From positions 56,360,001-56,424,000 of the forward strand of contig NC_058382.1 in NCBI RefSeq assembly GCF_018350175.1: DNA of 64,000 nt, written 5' to 3'. Position numbers and translations under genes: made by a program. Origin of the DNA: Felis catus. Taxonomy: Eukaryota. Position 1 is the first letter of the stretch; each line of letters starts with the position of its first letter. Below, piece by piece: positions 34,403 to 46,900 of the stretch. The notes beneath the pieces were generated by a model. The model saw only the letters and a program-made list of their open reading frames with translations, was not told where the DNA came from and made no database searches.

Positions 34403-35110
34403 TGTTATGGGGTTGTGTTCTCCCAAAATTCATATGTGGAAGTTCTTACCCCTAATACCTCGGAATGTGACCTTATTTGGAGATATGGTCTTTCTAGAGG
34501 AAATCAGGTGAAAATGAGGTCGTTGGTGTGGGCCCTATCCAGTCTGATGGATGTCCTTATAAAGGGGGAAAGCCTGGACACAATGACAGATGTATGCACA
34601 AGGAGAATCCCATGTGAACATCAAAGCAGAGATCTGGATGATGTGTCTACACCCCAAGGAATACCAAAGATTGTCAGCAAACCACCAGAAGCCAGAGCAG
34701 AGGATGGAATAGAGTCATCCTCACAGCCCTCAGAAGGAACCAATTCTACCAACCTCTTTATTTGAGACTTTGGGCCCCCAGAACCGTAAGACTTTGGGCC
34801 CCCAGAACCGTAAATTTTTTCTTTAACATTTATTTATTTTTGAAAGATAGAGAGAAACAGAATGTGAATGAGGGAGGGGCAGAGACAGAGAGAGAGGGAG
34901 ACACAGAATCCGAAGCAGGCTCCAGGCTCTGAGCTGTCAGCACAGAGCCTGACGCGGGGCTTGAACTCACGAACTGTGAGATCATGACTTCAACTGAAGT
35001 CAGATGCTTAACTGAATGAGTCACCCAGGCACCCCAAGACAGTAAATTTCTGTTATTTGTGCTACCTAGCTTGTGGTGCTTTGGTATGGCAACCCTAAGA
35101 AACTAACACA
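34403..35110 (+). mobile_element. MaLR LTR (MLT1B/C-like), split by a SINE
   Basis: tgttatgg...ccccaaaattcatatgtggaagttc..aatgtgaccttatttggaga...cctcagaaggaaccaa...taaatttctgtt...aaactaacaca. Confidence 0.9.
34815..35035 (-). mobile_element. CanSINE
   Basis: Typical body and head; downstream TSD copy aagacagtaaattt at 35036-35049. Confidence 0.95.
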
Positions 35111-35399
35111 GCTGCTGATAAAAAATAGAGAAGGCTTAAGCAGCTCTGCCATGGCAGGGCACATTTCGTTAGAAACACCTGCTGCTCCAGAAATCCTCCT
35201 TTTGTCAACCACAAGGAGTGCGGTCAAGGCCAGCTGGTCTGGCAGTGAATGACATTCTTTCCATGAGGGACCGAGCTAACACCCACCCTCCCCCACATTG
35301 TCCTATCTTCAGTATGTCCCCGAGTCACCTGTTGATTGCCCTGGATGTTGTTAGCCACTGTCAGGAAAGGTTCCTGCCGCTGATGTGACTGTTAAAGCC

Positions 35400-35600
35400 A
35401 ATGTTCACGGAGCAGTTACCACACTCAGGCTGAACACTCTATGCTGATTCATGTCACTCTCACTCTGAGCCTGTGAGGCGGGGGCTGTGACTGTCCTCAT
35501 TTACGGATGCCCATCTCAGGCTCTCTCTATCACTTATTCCTGGTCACAGAGGCACCACTGTGTTGTGAATCCAGTATTTGAACTCAGGCAGTCTGACCCT
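35400..35600 (-). mobile_element. MIR
   Basis: cctgtgaggcgggg..tgtcctcatttacggatg...ggtcacagag...tatttgaactcaggcagtctgac. Confidence 0.65.
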
Positions 35601-35812
35601 TTACTGCTGGGTCTGTGTTCTCACAAGTTTGGACAGTGTTGTGTTAAAGAGAGTGGAAGTATTTTCGATAGCACTCTCCTCAAAGCTTTCCGTATGCTAT
35701 GATCTTGAGGAATCTTCCAGAGGGTTGCAAAGGAAGCGGCTTTTCCAGTGCACAGTTAACTGCAGGGCCCTTTTTCACCACGGGAGATTTCTTGGGACTG
35801 GTGTTTCATGGA

Positions 35813-35930
35813 TAGAGTTGCCAGATAAAATATAAGACCCAGTTAAATTAGAATTTCAGAAAAATAATGACTCATATTTTAGCATAAGTATGTCCCAGAT
35901 ATTGTATTGGCACATCCTATATTTTTACTG
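35813..35930. mobile_element. MER53 hAT MITE, one arm plus the centre
   Basis: tagagttgccagataaaatataagacccagttaaattagaatttcaga...taagtatgtcccagatattg matches the recalled MER53 consensus. Confidence 0.75.
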
Positions 35931-36878
35931 ATCAATTTTTTACTGATTAAATCTTTGGAAAACATACACAGAGAAACAGAGCAACTCCAGATTCTCCCTA
36001 TCTTCTGGTGACATCTGTCCTTGGAAACAAACATAGAGGGTCAACCCCAATCTGAGGTTCTGTCTTATTACCTTCCCACCACCCATGTTGTTGACCCACA
36101 TCTTTCCACCAGTGGAGTTCCTACTGGAAGCTGCTTCTTGTTTTTTATGACCTAGAGCTGTGATAAAGAACAGGCACATCCTGGGATATTCCAAAGTGAC
36201 CATCACAACAAGTAGAGATATGGCCAGACAATCTCAACAGTCTTCCAGTTTTCACTCCAAAAAGAGAGACTTACGGGGACAGATGCACACAGACCCCAAA
36301 TCTAACACCTTGAGGTTGGTTGGCTGGTGTGAAATCTCTCCTATAGTATCTCTCGGCTACATTTCCACTGCAGGGGACTCGGAGGCTTATCAAGTTCAGG
36401 AGGAAATGGGTTTCTTACAAAGATCAGGTCAGCTCAGTATCTGTAAATCACTAAAGCATGTCCTGAATCCTGAATCCTACCATCCATCTCACTCCAGAAT
36501 GTACCCCTTTTTATTAATGCTGCATCTAATGATACCTCTCAGAGATGCTCATAAGTCACATCGTTTTACTTGGCATTACCTTTTCTTTAAGAAAAATTCA
36601 GTTGTCTTTCCGATATGTTTCAGTTATCTTGACCAGTGCTTCAGAATTGCTTAAAGCTTTATGGGTTGAAGCAAAGTCGAAGCAAATGACCTTTCATGTT
36701 GTTCAGAACCTCTCCAAGCTAGAATAAACTACCCTTCCTGGCCACGAAGGGGGTCCTCATGCTATTATGCAGGTGCTCAATTTAGATTCCAACTGTGCAC
36801 TGTCCAGTATGGTGGCCACTAGCCACACGCGGTTACTTAAATGTACACTTAACTTAATTAAAATTATATAAAATTTAG

Positions 36879-37074
36879 CCGAGCCTGGGTGACTTAGTTC
36901 GTTAAGCAACTGACTCTTGTTTGGGCTTAGGTCATGATCACAGCATTCATGAGACTGAGTCCCATGTCAGGCGCTGCACTGCTCAGAGCCTGTTTGGGAT
37001 TCTCTCTCCTCTCTCTGTGTCCCTCCCCTGCTCTCTGTCTGTCTCTGTCTCTCAAAAAGAAAGAACTTTAAAAC
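36879..37074 (+). mobile_element. CanSINE (older, diverged)
   Basis: gcctgggtgacttagttcgttaagc...; 16-bp TSD attatataaaatttag at 36863-36878 and 37075-37090. Confidence 0.9.
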
Positions 37075-37089
37075 ATTATATAAAATTTA

Positions 37090-37305
37090 GGGGTGCCTGG
37101 GTGGCTCAGTCGGTTGAGCGTCTGGCTTCGGCTCAGGTCATGATCTCGCAGTCTATGAGTTCGAGCCCCGCATTGGGCTCTGTGCTGATAGCTCAGAGCC
37201 TGGAGCCTGCTTCAGATTCTGTGTCCCCCTCTCTCTCTGCCCCTCCCCCACTCATACTCTGTCTCTCTCTGTCTCAGAAATAAATAAACATTAAAAAAAA
37301 TTTTA
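37090..37305 (+). mobile_element. CanSINE
   Basis: ggggtgcctgggtggctcagtcggttgagcg..., B box gagttcgagcc, A tail. Confidence 0.97.
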
Positions 37306-37737
37306 ATTTAAACTTCAGTCCCTCAGCCCCACTCAGCCGTATTTCAAGTGTTCAAAAGCCACATATAGCTCTTGGCTACCATATTGGATAGCACTGATAA
37401 AGAATATTTCCATCATCACAGAAAGTTCTCTTAAGTAGCCCTATTTCTGAGTCTCACCTTACTCTTAAACATACCAAGGAATAATGCATATGATTTTTGG
37501 TTATGAGTATCAGTTCTAAATTGTTTAAGATAGAAGAAATTAAGATAGATGTTTCAGAAACAGAGAAAGTTTAGATTCTTTTGTATTTTACATGGAGCTA
37601 GTCACAGCAAATTTATTTAATATACTGATTTGGTTATAGATGCTGACTTAAATTCTCAACCCCTGCTGTAGCCCACTGGTGAAGACAATCTCACAGTCGC
37701 TATGAATTTGGCTCTATTTCTTCTTATTTTTTTAATG

Positions 37738-37893
37738 CAATTTATTTTACTTATTTTGAGAGAGAGAGAGAGGGAGAGAGAGAATCCCAAGTGCAGAACT
37801 TGACACAGGACTCAATCTCACAAACCATGAGATCATGACCTGAGCTGAAATCAAGAGTCAGATGCTTAACCAACTGAGCCACCCACGTGCCCT
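37738..37893 (-). mobile_element. CanSINE, internally shortened
   Basis: gagagaatcccaag...catgagatcatgacctgagctgaaatcaagagtcagatgcttaacc. Confidence 0.9.
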
Positions 37894-38109
37894 TATTTCT
37901 TTTTCTAATGAAGCAGTGTGGAAAATGAGAACAAGGGAAGGACTGACAGATCAGAGGATCCAGGAGAGGCTGTATAGGTTGCAGGGGCATCATCGGGCAA
38001 ATTAGAGTCCCCATTAGGAGTTGGGTGGCCATTAAGTAACTGAACAAATCTCTGTCTTCTTGGTCCTTAGTTTTGAGGATAGCCTTGAACAAGTAGACTT
38101 GCTCACTGA

Positions 38110-38292
38110 GAAAGCATCAGAAAATGTAAATAAGGAAAATGAAAAATAAATCATTCTTACCCTGTTGGCCAAAGGGATCACCAACACATCAAATGTTTAC
38201 TAGATCTCTATACCTTTTTGCATATGTATATAATATGTTCACAAAAGTAAGGTAAGGTCATAATATGCCTACTGTTTTTGCAACCTGTTTGT

Positions 38293-38333
<41 letters not shown>

Positions 38334-38735
38334 AGAGAGAGAGAGAGCATGAGTGGGGTAGTTGGGCAGAGGGAGACAGAGAGAATCTTAAGATCAGCAT
38401 GGAGCCCAATGTGGAGCTTGGTCCCATGACTCTGGGATCATGACCTGTGCCGAAATCAAGAGTCAGATGCTCAACTGACTGAGCCACCCAGGTGCCCCTG
38501 CAACCTGTTTTTCAAATTAATGCTTTAACACCTTCCTAAGTCAAGATGATTTATATGCCATTGGACTTGGAGGTGTGCATTAGTTTGTCCCATACGTGTT
38601 TTAGCTATTGTTAGACATGTGGTGGGTTTCCAGTTTTTCTCCAATTGTAAATATCGTTCTACTGAACAGCTTCAACTCTGTGCATATCCCAAATTATTTC
38701 CAAGGAATGGATTCCTGGAAGGGGAATTCCTGGCA
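38110..38735 (-). mobile_element. Decayed old L1ME-like fragment
   Basis: ctattgttagacatgtggtgggtttccagttttt...aaattatttcc..gaatggattcctggaagggg. Confidence 0.5.
38291..38498 (-). mobile_element. CanSINE whose tail is a (CA)n microsatellite
   Basis: TSD tgcaacctgttt at 38279-38290 and 38499-38510; (TG)n at about 38294-38332 sits where the A tail should be. Confidence 0.92.
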
Positions 38736-39031
38736 TGAAGAGGGGCTGGAGGTGGATATATTTGGTTTGGGATAGAGGTCTTTAGTTTCTTAATGAAATG
38801 AAAGCATTGACCATAATCTCTTATGATCCTTCTCATTCCGAAGTTATCCTATTCCTAGACATATATATCTATTGTCTATGGGGGATCTGGGTCTGAGCAA
38901 ATCCTCAATGTTCTTCTTCCCCAACCAGCCTTAGTCAGAGATGGTCTTAGGTCCCAAACTATCAGCAGAAAACTGTCATCCTACAACTATTAAGAGGTTT
39001 CTTACACTTGGATGCTACCCCATGTTCTAAG

Positions 39032-39220
39032 GCAGTACAACAACATCTCCTGTGCTGATGAAAATATTCTATATCTGCGGATCCAGGATAGTAACCACTA
39101 GCCATACCTGGCTGCACAGCATTTGAAATGGAGCTGGTGTAACACCAAGAAAATGGATTTTTAATCTTTTTTCATTTTAACCGTCACATGTGGTTAGTGG
39201 CTGCCATTTTGGACAGCAGT
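39032..39220. mobile_element. MER3-like hAT-Charlie MITE (opposite orientation to the 36.8 kb copy)
   Basis: tgatgaaaatattctatatctgc...aaccactagcca...catttgaaatg...cacatgtggttagtggctgccattttggacagca. Confidence 0.8.
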
Positions 39221-40188
39221 TCTAAGGACATACCTCCAAGCCTCAAACATATACTATAACTTTTGCACTATGTCTTGTCTTAAATATGGCAGTTGATAAC
39301 ATTGCCCATAAATCCATGTCATGCTCGTGTTATTGCTTCAAACTACCTTTACTTCCCCCCGGTTAATTTCCTCAAGGGCAGAGACTAAATATCTAGTCAC
39401 CAGTTATACACTGACTCCCAAGTCCACTACATCACAATGAAGGCCCTCACGGAATGAGCCAGCCAAACTCAGTCACTTTTCTTAACATTTAACTCAGCTG
39501 TGACAGACCATGGCATATCCCCAAACCATGCTAATAGCTCCCAAAATGTAGAGGTTTATCACTTGCAGGTTGTAAGGTAAGAGTACCTACCCCTTGATGT
39601 TGTTGAAAGGTTTACATGTAATTAAATGTACATTGCCTGGTACATGGTAAGTTTCCAGTGAGTGGTGGCCATTACTGATATCCCCAACCTTGTTGCTGGA
39701 TCCCCTCTATTCTATAGGATTACTTGTCAGGACCCATACCTGGCACCCAAAATCTCTTTCAGGGGTATTTCAATGCATGGTAGAGTATTAGAATAAGGAT
39801 AATTGGCTTGGGAACAAGGAGATGTCAAAGCGAATTGGGTTCCCCTGGTTGTGTGTCCTCATACGGCATTTATCACAATAACAATTCTTTGCTTGATTGT
39901 TATCTGCCTTACATCTGCCTTTCCCGCCACGCTATGAATGCAGACAAGAAAGACTGTGCTTGTCTCGTTGCACTTCTATATTCCCATTGCCAAGTACACG
40001 ATAGGCATTTAATAAATCTTAAGTGATAGATTTGAGGACAAGTGGGCAGATGGACAGAAATGAAAGAGCTATGTAAAACCTAGCAGAGAAACAGAAGTGG
40101 TGCCAGGAGCCCTGAAATTCAGTCAACAACTTCCTGTTGGTCAATGAAAAGCCATGATCGGGGCTTCACCATTCAGCATGGTGTAAAA

Positions 40189-40413
40189 GGGAGTTTTCTA
40201 ACCTCAGCAATGTTGACATTTGGGGTCAGTGTTGACATTTGGGGTCAGATAGTTCCTTGTGGTGGAAGCTTCCCTTTGTATTGTCCTGAGGAGCACCCCT
40301 GGCCTCCACCCACTCTATGCCAGCAGCTCCCTCCCTCCTTCTGCCACAACCAAACTGTCTCCAGACATTGTTGTCCCCTGGGGGACAAAATCACCTGGGG
40401 CTGAGAACCACTG
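40189..40413 (+). mobile_element. MER20 hAT-Charlie MITE
   Basis: ttctaacctcagca.tgttgacatttgggg.cagata...cccctggcctccacccact..atgccag...caaccaaactgtctccagacattg...tgagaaccactg. Confidence 0.85.
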
Positions 40414-40946
40414 ATTTAAATCATATCCAAGGTCCCCTCCAGCACTGGTAGTCTAGGATTCTACTTCGGACAATATATTTCTGAATGTGTGACTTTTCTG
40501 GCATTTCATAGATCATTATAGAATTATAAGAATATTTTCAGCTACTCATGGAAATCACTGTGACCTGATTATCAGCTTAATATTTGGATCACTGGGCCAT
40601 TAAAATGCTGATTTGAAATTCAATTTTCTATTTTTAAAAATGATCACTTTGTGAATGAATTATAACTGTTATATGGTTGATTTTATTTAAATGGATTGTA
40701 TAATTTTGCCCACTCTGTGTTCATGAATAATGCCTTATACTTGAATGTCAGAATGTCTGCTAACGACCCTAACAATCACAGCTCATGTCTATAGAATCCG
40801 TCCATACTGTTGTTGACAGATTGGCTTTATTTTTTTCATCTTCCACTGTTTTTATCCAAGTAATACCTTTAATTAGTGCTCATTAACATACACAAAAAGC
40901 CTGGTTGCCCCTCCCCTACCCCCTGCACATTTACTTTGCTCTGTTC

Positions 40947-41149
40947 TTTTTTTTTTTTTTAATCTTTACTTATTTTTGATAGAGAGAGCAGAGAAGTAAC
41001 AGAGAGAGAGGGGGACACAAAATCCAAAGCAGGCTCCAGGCTCTGAGCTGTCAGCATAGAGCCCAACACAGGGCTAGAACTCACTAACCATGAGATCATG
41101 ACCTAAGCCGAAGTTGGATGCTTAACTGACTGAGCCACCCAGGTGTCCC
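40947..41149 (-). mobile_element. CanSINE
   Basis: Poly-T tail, typical body, head ...ccacccaggtgtccc. Confidence 0.95.
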
Positions 41150-41157
41150 AGCCCCTC

Positions 41158-41340
41158 TTTTTTTGTAAGTTTATTTATTTATTTAGAGAAAGAGAGCTGG
41201 AGAAGAGCAGAGAGAGAGGGAGACAGAGAATTCCAAGCAGGCTCTGCTCTGCCAGCACAGAACTCACAAACCGTGAGATCATGACCTGAGCCAAAATCAA
41301 GAGTGTGATGCTTAACTAACTGAGCCACCCAGGCACCCCC
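41158..41340 (-). mobile_element. CanSINE (internal deletion), tandem with the previous copy
   Basis: gcaggctctgctctgccagcacag|aactcacaaaccgtgagatc...cccaggcaccccc. Confidence 0.93.
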
Positions 41341-42581
41341 TACTTACTCCCCTCTATTTGTTAAAGTTCCTTCTGGAAGCCTCATAGAAAAAACATGTAT
41401 TTATCTTGTACAGCATTGGACCCATGCATTTCACTGTACAGAAGAATATACCTTGGCCAAATATGGGGGTATATTTTTGCAGAAATATTTGTTACATAGA
41501 ACCTGTTTGCATGATGACTTCATGAATGGGGCCATGTTTTAGTCATTCTGGAATTGGAATCTCTCATCAGAGCTAGTGTGGTGATGGCCTGGCCTAGTGT
41601 GGAGCTAGGCTCTTCATTGGAAAAGTCAGGAAGGGGGGCAGGACAGCCTTCAGGATTTCTAGGTCCCAGTTGATATGAAATCCATATCCCCATTAGACTG
41701 AAGTCCTTATTATGTTCTAGGCAGTGTCCAAAGCATCACCTGCCATTGCCTCATTATTTCTTCCAAACCTCTCAAATAAGTATAGTCATCACCATGGTTT
41801 TACTGACAGGAGTGTTAAACAACTTGCCTGAAGTCACGGAGCTGGTATGTCACTGAGCCAGGGTGGAAATTCATCTCTCTACATTTCCAGAATCTGGAAT
41901 TCTCCATTACCTGTATTTCTCCTAGATGTAGGATAAAATAGAAATCCTTTACTTTTTTCACTTCAAAGGAGCAGTCCTTAGCATCAAAACTAAAGGCTCG
42001 TTCAATACATATTCATATCAAAGCAGGTTACTTTATTAAGTTTGAAAGTGCTGATAAGGCGGAAATGAATGGAAACTAGCTTCCTGTCAATGACGTGTGT
42101 GGGCACAGGATGGTAATGCGTAGACTTACTGCAGTTCACTGTTTGTAGCTTCGAGAGTGTGATTTCCCTCCCTAACAAAGTAAGCTTTATTTTCATTAGT
42201 GAGAACACATGAATTTGCCAAAACACAGTGACTTCGGAGCATGGTGATTATGAATTTTTAAATTTCCTCAGGTTCATGGCAGCTCAGAATAAGGTTTTTA
42301 TATATGAAATCATTCTCTTCATCACACGACATTAAATCTATAAACATTTTTTAAGAGAATTGGAATGGTTTTGAGATGAGTTTAATCCTGCTGTTGTAGT
42401 CTTTGGAAGAAGTAAATGCAAGTGGAAAAATCAGTTAAAATCGGATCATTGATATATTTCTTCCCACGTCTTTCCCCTCATGAAGATGAGATTAGAAAAA
42501 CAGCAACAACAACAGCTACTAACTAGAAACTGTCTTAGGAAAGAATATCATGGTCTGTTAAAAAAAAAAATAAGAAAGAAA

Positions 42582-42827
42582 GGGGCACATGGGTGGCTCA
42601 GTCGGTTACGCGTCCAACTTCGGTGCAGGTTATGATCTTGCAGTTCATGAGTTCGAGCCCTGCATCAGGCTCTGTGCTGACGGTGCAGAGCCTGGAACCT
42701 GCTTCGGAGTCTGTATGTCCCTCTGTCTCTGTTCCTCCCCTACTTGTACTCTGTTTCTCTCTCTCTCAAAAATAAATAAAGATTAAAAAATGAAAGAAAA
42801 GAAAACAAAAGAAAAGAAAGAAGAAAA
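42582..42827 (+). mobile_element. CanSINE with A/GAAA-rich tail
   Basis: ggggcacatgggtggctcagtcgg..., B box gagttcgagcc. Confidence 0.95.
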
Positions 42828-43751
42828 GGATGTCAAGGAATGGAACCAAATAAATGGCCTGGAACTTCAGACCCTTCTTCCAGGACACATAACACAATAG
42901 CAGCCACGGCCAAGACATCATTAGGTCTGTAAAGAGGTGCCCCATCCTGTAAGCTACCGTCTAAAATGAATCACACATTCAAATTGTGTGTCCCTGCACA
43001 TCGTACATCAAGCATGCAGGGCACTTGCATCCCAGATTATCCTGGAGCTGTCCGGATCCCCAAAACCGTGCCCCGGTTTCCTATACATAATTGTTAAGAC
43101 CATGCATGCCAACTTTAATCCCCCCAAAATGGCCATCCTAGATAATGGTTTTTCCAAACACACAAAGGCCGCTTAATCCACGCTGCTGTAGTCATTTGTT
43201 GATTTATTTATTTTAATCCACAATTTGCAACAAAATGTGATTCTTTTTTTTTTCCCTCATTAGAGAAAGCACAATCCTGTGAAAAGTGGACTTCTCTAAA
43301 ATGAAGCCATTATAGCAGATTTACATTCGTGCATCATGATTTTAGTGATTTAATGAGCATCCTATTTGGGGACATTATTGGTTTACAGAAATAAATCACA
43401 GATATTTCATTTCGCACTAGCATCCAGCATTTCAAATTCATTTTCTCAACACAACAATGTGTTTAAATGAATCGTTCCATTGACTGAATTTTGATCACAT
43501 GGCTGGGTATTTGAGATAGGAATGTATGGACGGGTGTCAGGAATCATCCCGCCCAGGCCTGGGTCTGCTGCCAACGGGAAATGAGACGTCAGGCAAGTCA
43601 TTTAGTATCTGGGTACTTAGTTTCTTCTCAGTCAAAGGGGGTGTTTGAGGGCAGTATCCCCCAAACTGACAAGGTATTTTTCCACAGCATTGAATGAGGC
43701 CCCACCCCACCCCCTGTCTGGATTCAGTAGTTCCTTAGTGGGGACCAGAGC

Positions 43752-43753
43752 TT

Positions 43754-43792
<39 letters not shown>

Positions 43793-43976
43793 GAGAGACA
43801 GAGAGAGAGAGAACATGAGAGTGGGGGGAGGGGAAGAGAGAGAGGGAGAGAGAATCCCAAGCAGGCTCCATGCTGTCAGCACACAGCCCAACATGGGGCT
43901 CCAATGATCATGAGACCACAACCTAAGCCAAAGTCAAGAGTTGGATGCTTAACCGACTGAGCCACCCAGGTGCCCC
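43752..43976 (-). mobile_element. CanSINE with (TTTA)n tail, probably inside a MER5-like element
   Basis: (TTTA)n at about 43753-43792, typical body, head cccaggtgcccc. Confidence 0.93.
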
Positions 43977-46900
43977 AAAGAGCTCTTTCTTGACAGCCAG
44001 CTCTAGGCGGTTCTGGCTCAAGTACCCACGGACGCCATGGAGGGAACACACGGCCGTGGAAAGTGCCAGACGTCCCATTAGGTTTAAAACTTCTCTGAGC
44101 ACATTTTGGGCTGTAGGACTTCACAGTTGCTTTGCTTCAGTAAAGCAAAAACACCCCTCCATTATGTTACCATTGAAATGAGCTTAATCCAGAATCTTAT
44201 GTCTGGCTGGTCTTGTAGTCCAAAATGAGAGAAATTAAGGAAGGTTGAGTTGAGCTACTTGTTGAAATGAAGGGAGGAAGACAGAAGGGCAACTAGGAGC
44301 CAGTAAAGTTTGTGGAACAGACGTTCTTAACCTGGTGTGTTTGAGCTTTGCCCACGGGAGGGCTAAAGGAGCCTCTCAACATCTGAAATGTTAGGTTGTG
44401 TGTGTGTGCGTGCATGTGCATGTGTGTGTGTGTCTGGAGAGAGAAGGATCACGATTCGCGTAGATGGCCCACAGAGAGGCTGCCTGAAGAACCGTTGGAA
44501 ATGTCCTTCTCACCGCATGGTGACTAGCAGACCTTGGGCACCGAGACCTGACATAGGGCCCATCTGTCGTATGCTTTTGCTGGAACCCTGAGCTGAGTTA
44601 CCCTCCAAGTGTGCTCTACCAGTGTCACAGGCTGTTTGTGGCACTGCATGAGAACATACGAGGAATATATGTGTCCTGGTACTTAGTTACTCTTCAAGAC
44701 CTATTAGCTATATCCTAATTAACAATTGATAGAGACCCTTAAACTGAGAAATAGCAACTTATACATCATGCATTGAGAAAGGAAATGACAGCCTCCCTTC
44801 TATTCATGCCTTAGGTCCCTTATAGTCTCCTCCTCCTCACTTGGGTCTTTCGCTAAACAATGACAAATAAAGCTTGCTTTGTCCCGACGCATCTGGTCTC
44901 CTACCAAAGCCATAAACTGCACTGAGAAGCTAAAACTGTTACAATGCCAGGTTTGGACCCTCGGTCTTCTCTCTGCCATGGCTTTGCTGTGCTCTGCTGG
45001 AAAAATCCCTCTGGGATGTTTCAGTGAGTTTCATGGAATGGGACTGTTGTTCACTTCACGGTCTCCATGGTCGTCTCCATGGTCTCCTCATAAAAGGTGA
45101 AGAAGACTTTGATTGCTCCTAATCTCTGTGCTCTGTCATTTAAAGTACGCAGACACTCGAAACCCTCTGTGAGTCCTGCCATGCTGTGATCAAAAGGACC
45201 GCATTTAAGAATTTATGGTACAGACCCTAATTGAGATAGCCACCATTTATGTAGCTCTTTGGGGGTTCAAAGTCCTTTCCTTAGGTTTTCCCATTTCATC
45301 CTCACACAGGACTGAAAACATTAGTGCCACTAATGGGGACAAGCAGAAACCAATTTCAGAGAAGGTTAAATACACAAAATTATAAAGTACAATGAGCCTG
45401 ACTTCCCTGAGTCATAAGGAAAAATCTGTCTCTTTCCTTTCCGACATTTTTTTTTTCATATATTTGAAGGCATTTGTACTTCTGCTTTTTGGAATTTTCT
45501 GCTATTCGCTTGGACTCCTGTTTTAGTTTTTCAGCATAACTGGCCAGCTGTGGCAGTTTCCCGCATGATTCCAGATGAAGAAAGATCTTTGACCTGCAAA
45601 GGTCATGCGATTAAAATTAGCTTGGATTTTTCAGATAATGTTCCTTTTCTTTATTATAAACATTGCTTTTATCTTAACTGAACAGGAAGAAACATTTAAA
45701 GAAACTTCTCATCTTATTTGTAGTTCAGCCTCAAAAAAGGAAAAGAGATATAGTGAAAATTTCCAATCGTTTAAGTGGGAAGTGCCTTATTTGAGATAAA
45801 CACAAAAGGTTTTAAGTATCGTTGATATTAGTCAAACATAGGAGCTTTTGGCTATTGTCTGAAGAGCTCTCATCTGCTGAGTTGCAGACCTGTGACCTCT
45901 AGATAAAGTTTCAAAATGCAGAAAATATTTATCTTCTTGCTATGACCTTCCATGCACAAGACATGAGCCATGGATTTATTTCCTAGGGAACTAGTGACTG
46001 AGGAAGATCTATAATTAAATCTGTGAGTTATATGCTACACATGGGAATTGGGCACACACCAAGTCCTTTAGAAAAATCCGGTAATATTACTACTATAGCT
46101 TCAACTGGTGGAATTAAACTCAACTTTTCTTGGGATGTTTTTAGCAGCATCATTTAGAATATGAATATTAGCAATCTCTGTTTCTTTAAAAAGCCAATGT
46201 GTGTTCAGGCCAGCTTCCATTTCATTCTGGCTTCAGTGTCCCTCCCCCCCAAAGGACAGCACCTGTCACTGCTGCTGTCCAAGGGGCACTTTGTGTACAA
46301 GGCTCCATGTCAGAAGCCAGCTGTCTGATCTTAGAACATCACAGTGTCAGAACTGGAAGGGATCTAAACCAGTAGCTGTCAAAAGTTTTCTGAGAGTCAA
46401 CATGTGCTCTTTGAATAAAATCCTGCCCAAAGATCCTATAGGTAAAGCAGATACAGGTGAATTGGCTTTGGCTGGAAGTGAGAAGGGAAGAAGGTTGGAG
46501 GCAGAGCCCCATCTTGTTGGACCTGCTCAGCCACCTCCCCAACCCATAAAGTCAGGGGTAAGACATCCTTAAGGCATCACCATTTCTTAGTTTGAACATC
46601 AGCACCCACGCCAAGTCACAGACTGGAGAGAATGGAATGGACGTCCAAGAGGGAACGTATTTGCCATCGTATTGGTCAGTATCCCATAGCCTCTGTAGTT
46701 AAGCACATTGGGAAAATTTTGAAAGGTCAGATCCTTTCATGTTAAATTTCACTGTCTGAGGGGCGTATGAGAGCCAAGCTTTCACAACAGTGCTTTTAAT
46801 TCTCATCTGCTGAATTCAGTAATAGGCCTTTACCTTAACTCTTAAAACAATGAAACCATTGACTCCTTTTCTTTCAGTAGGACTGTTCTCCGTGTATCAA

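Larger units (their letters stand above)
36795..37440. mobile_element. MER3-like hAT-Charlie MITE split by two SINEs
   Basis: gcactgtccagtatggtggccactagccacacg ... tttcaagtgttcaaaagccacat..ggctaccatattggatagcac...tttccatcatcacagaaagttc. Confidence 0.85.

Noticed and set aside
35813..35930. MER53 as a miR-1302-like hairpin precursor
   Set aside because: Only one arm and a degraded centre remain, so the long palindrome cannot form.
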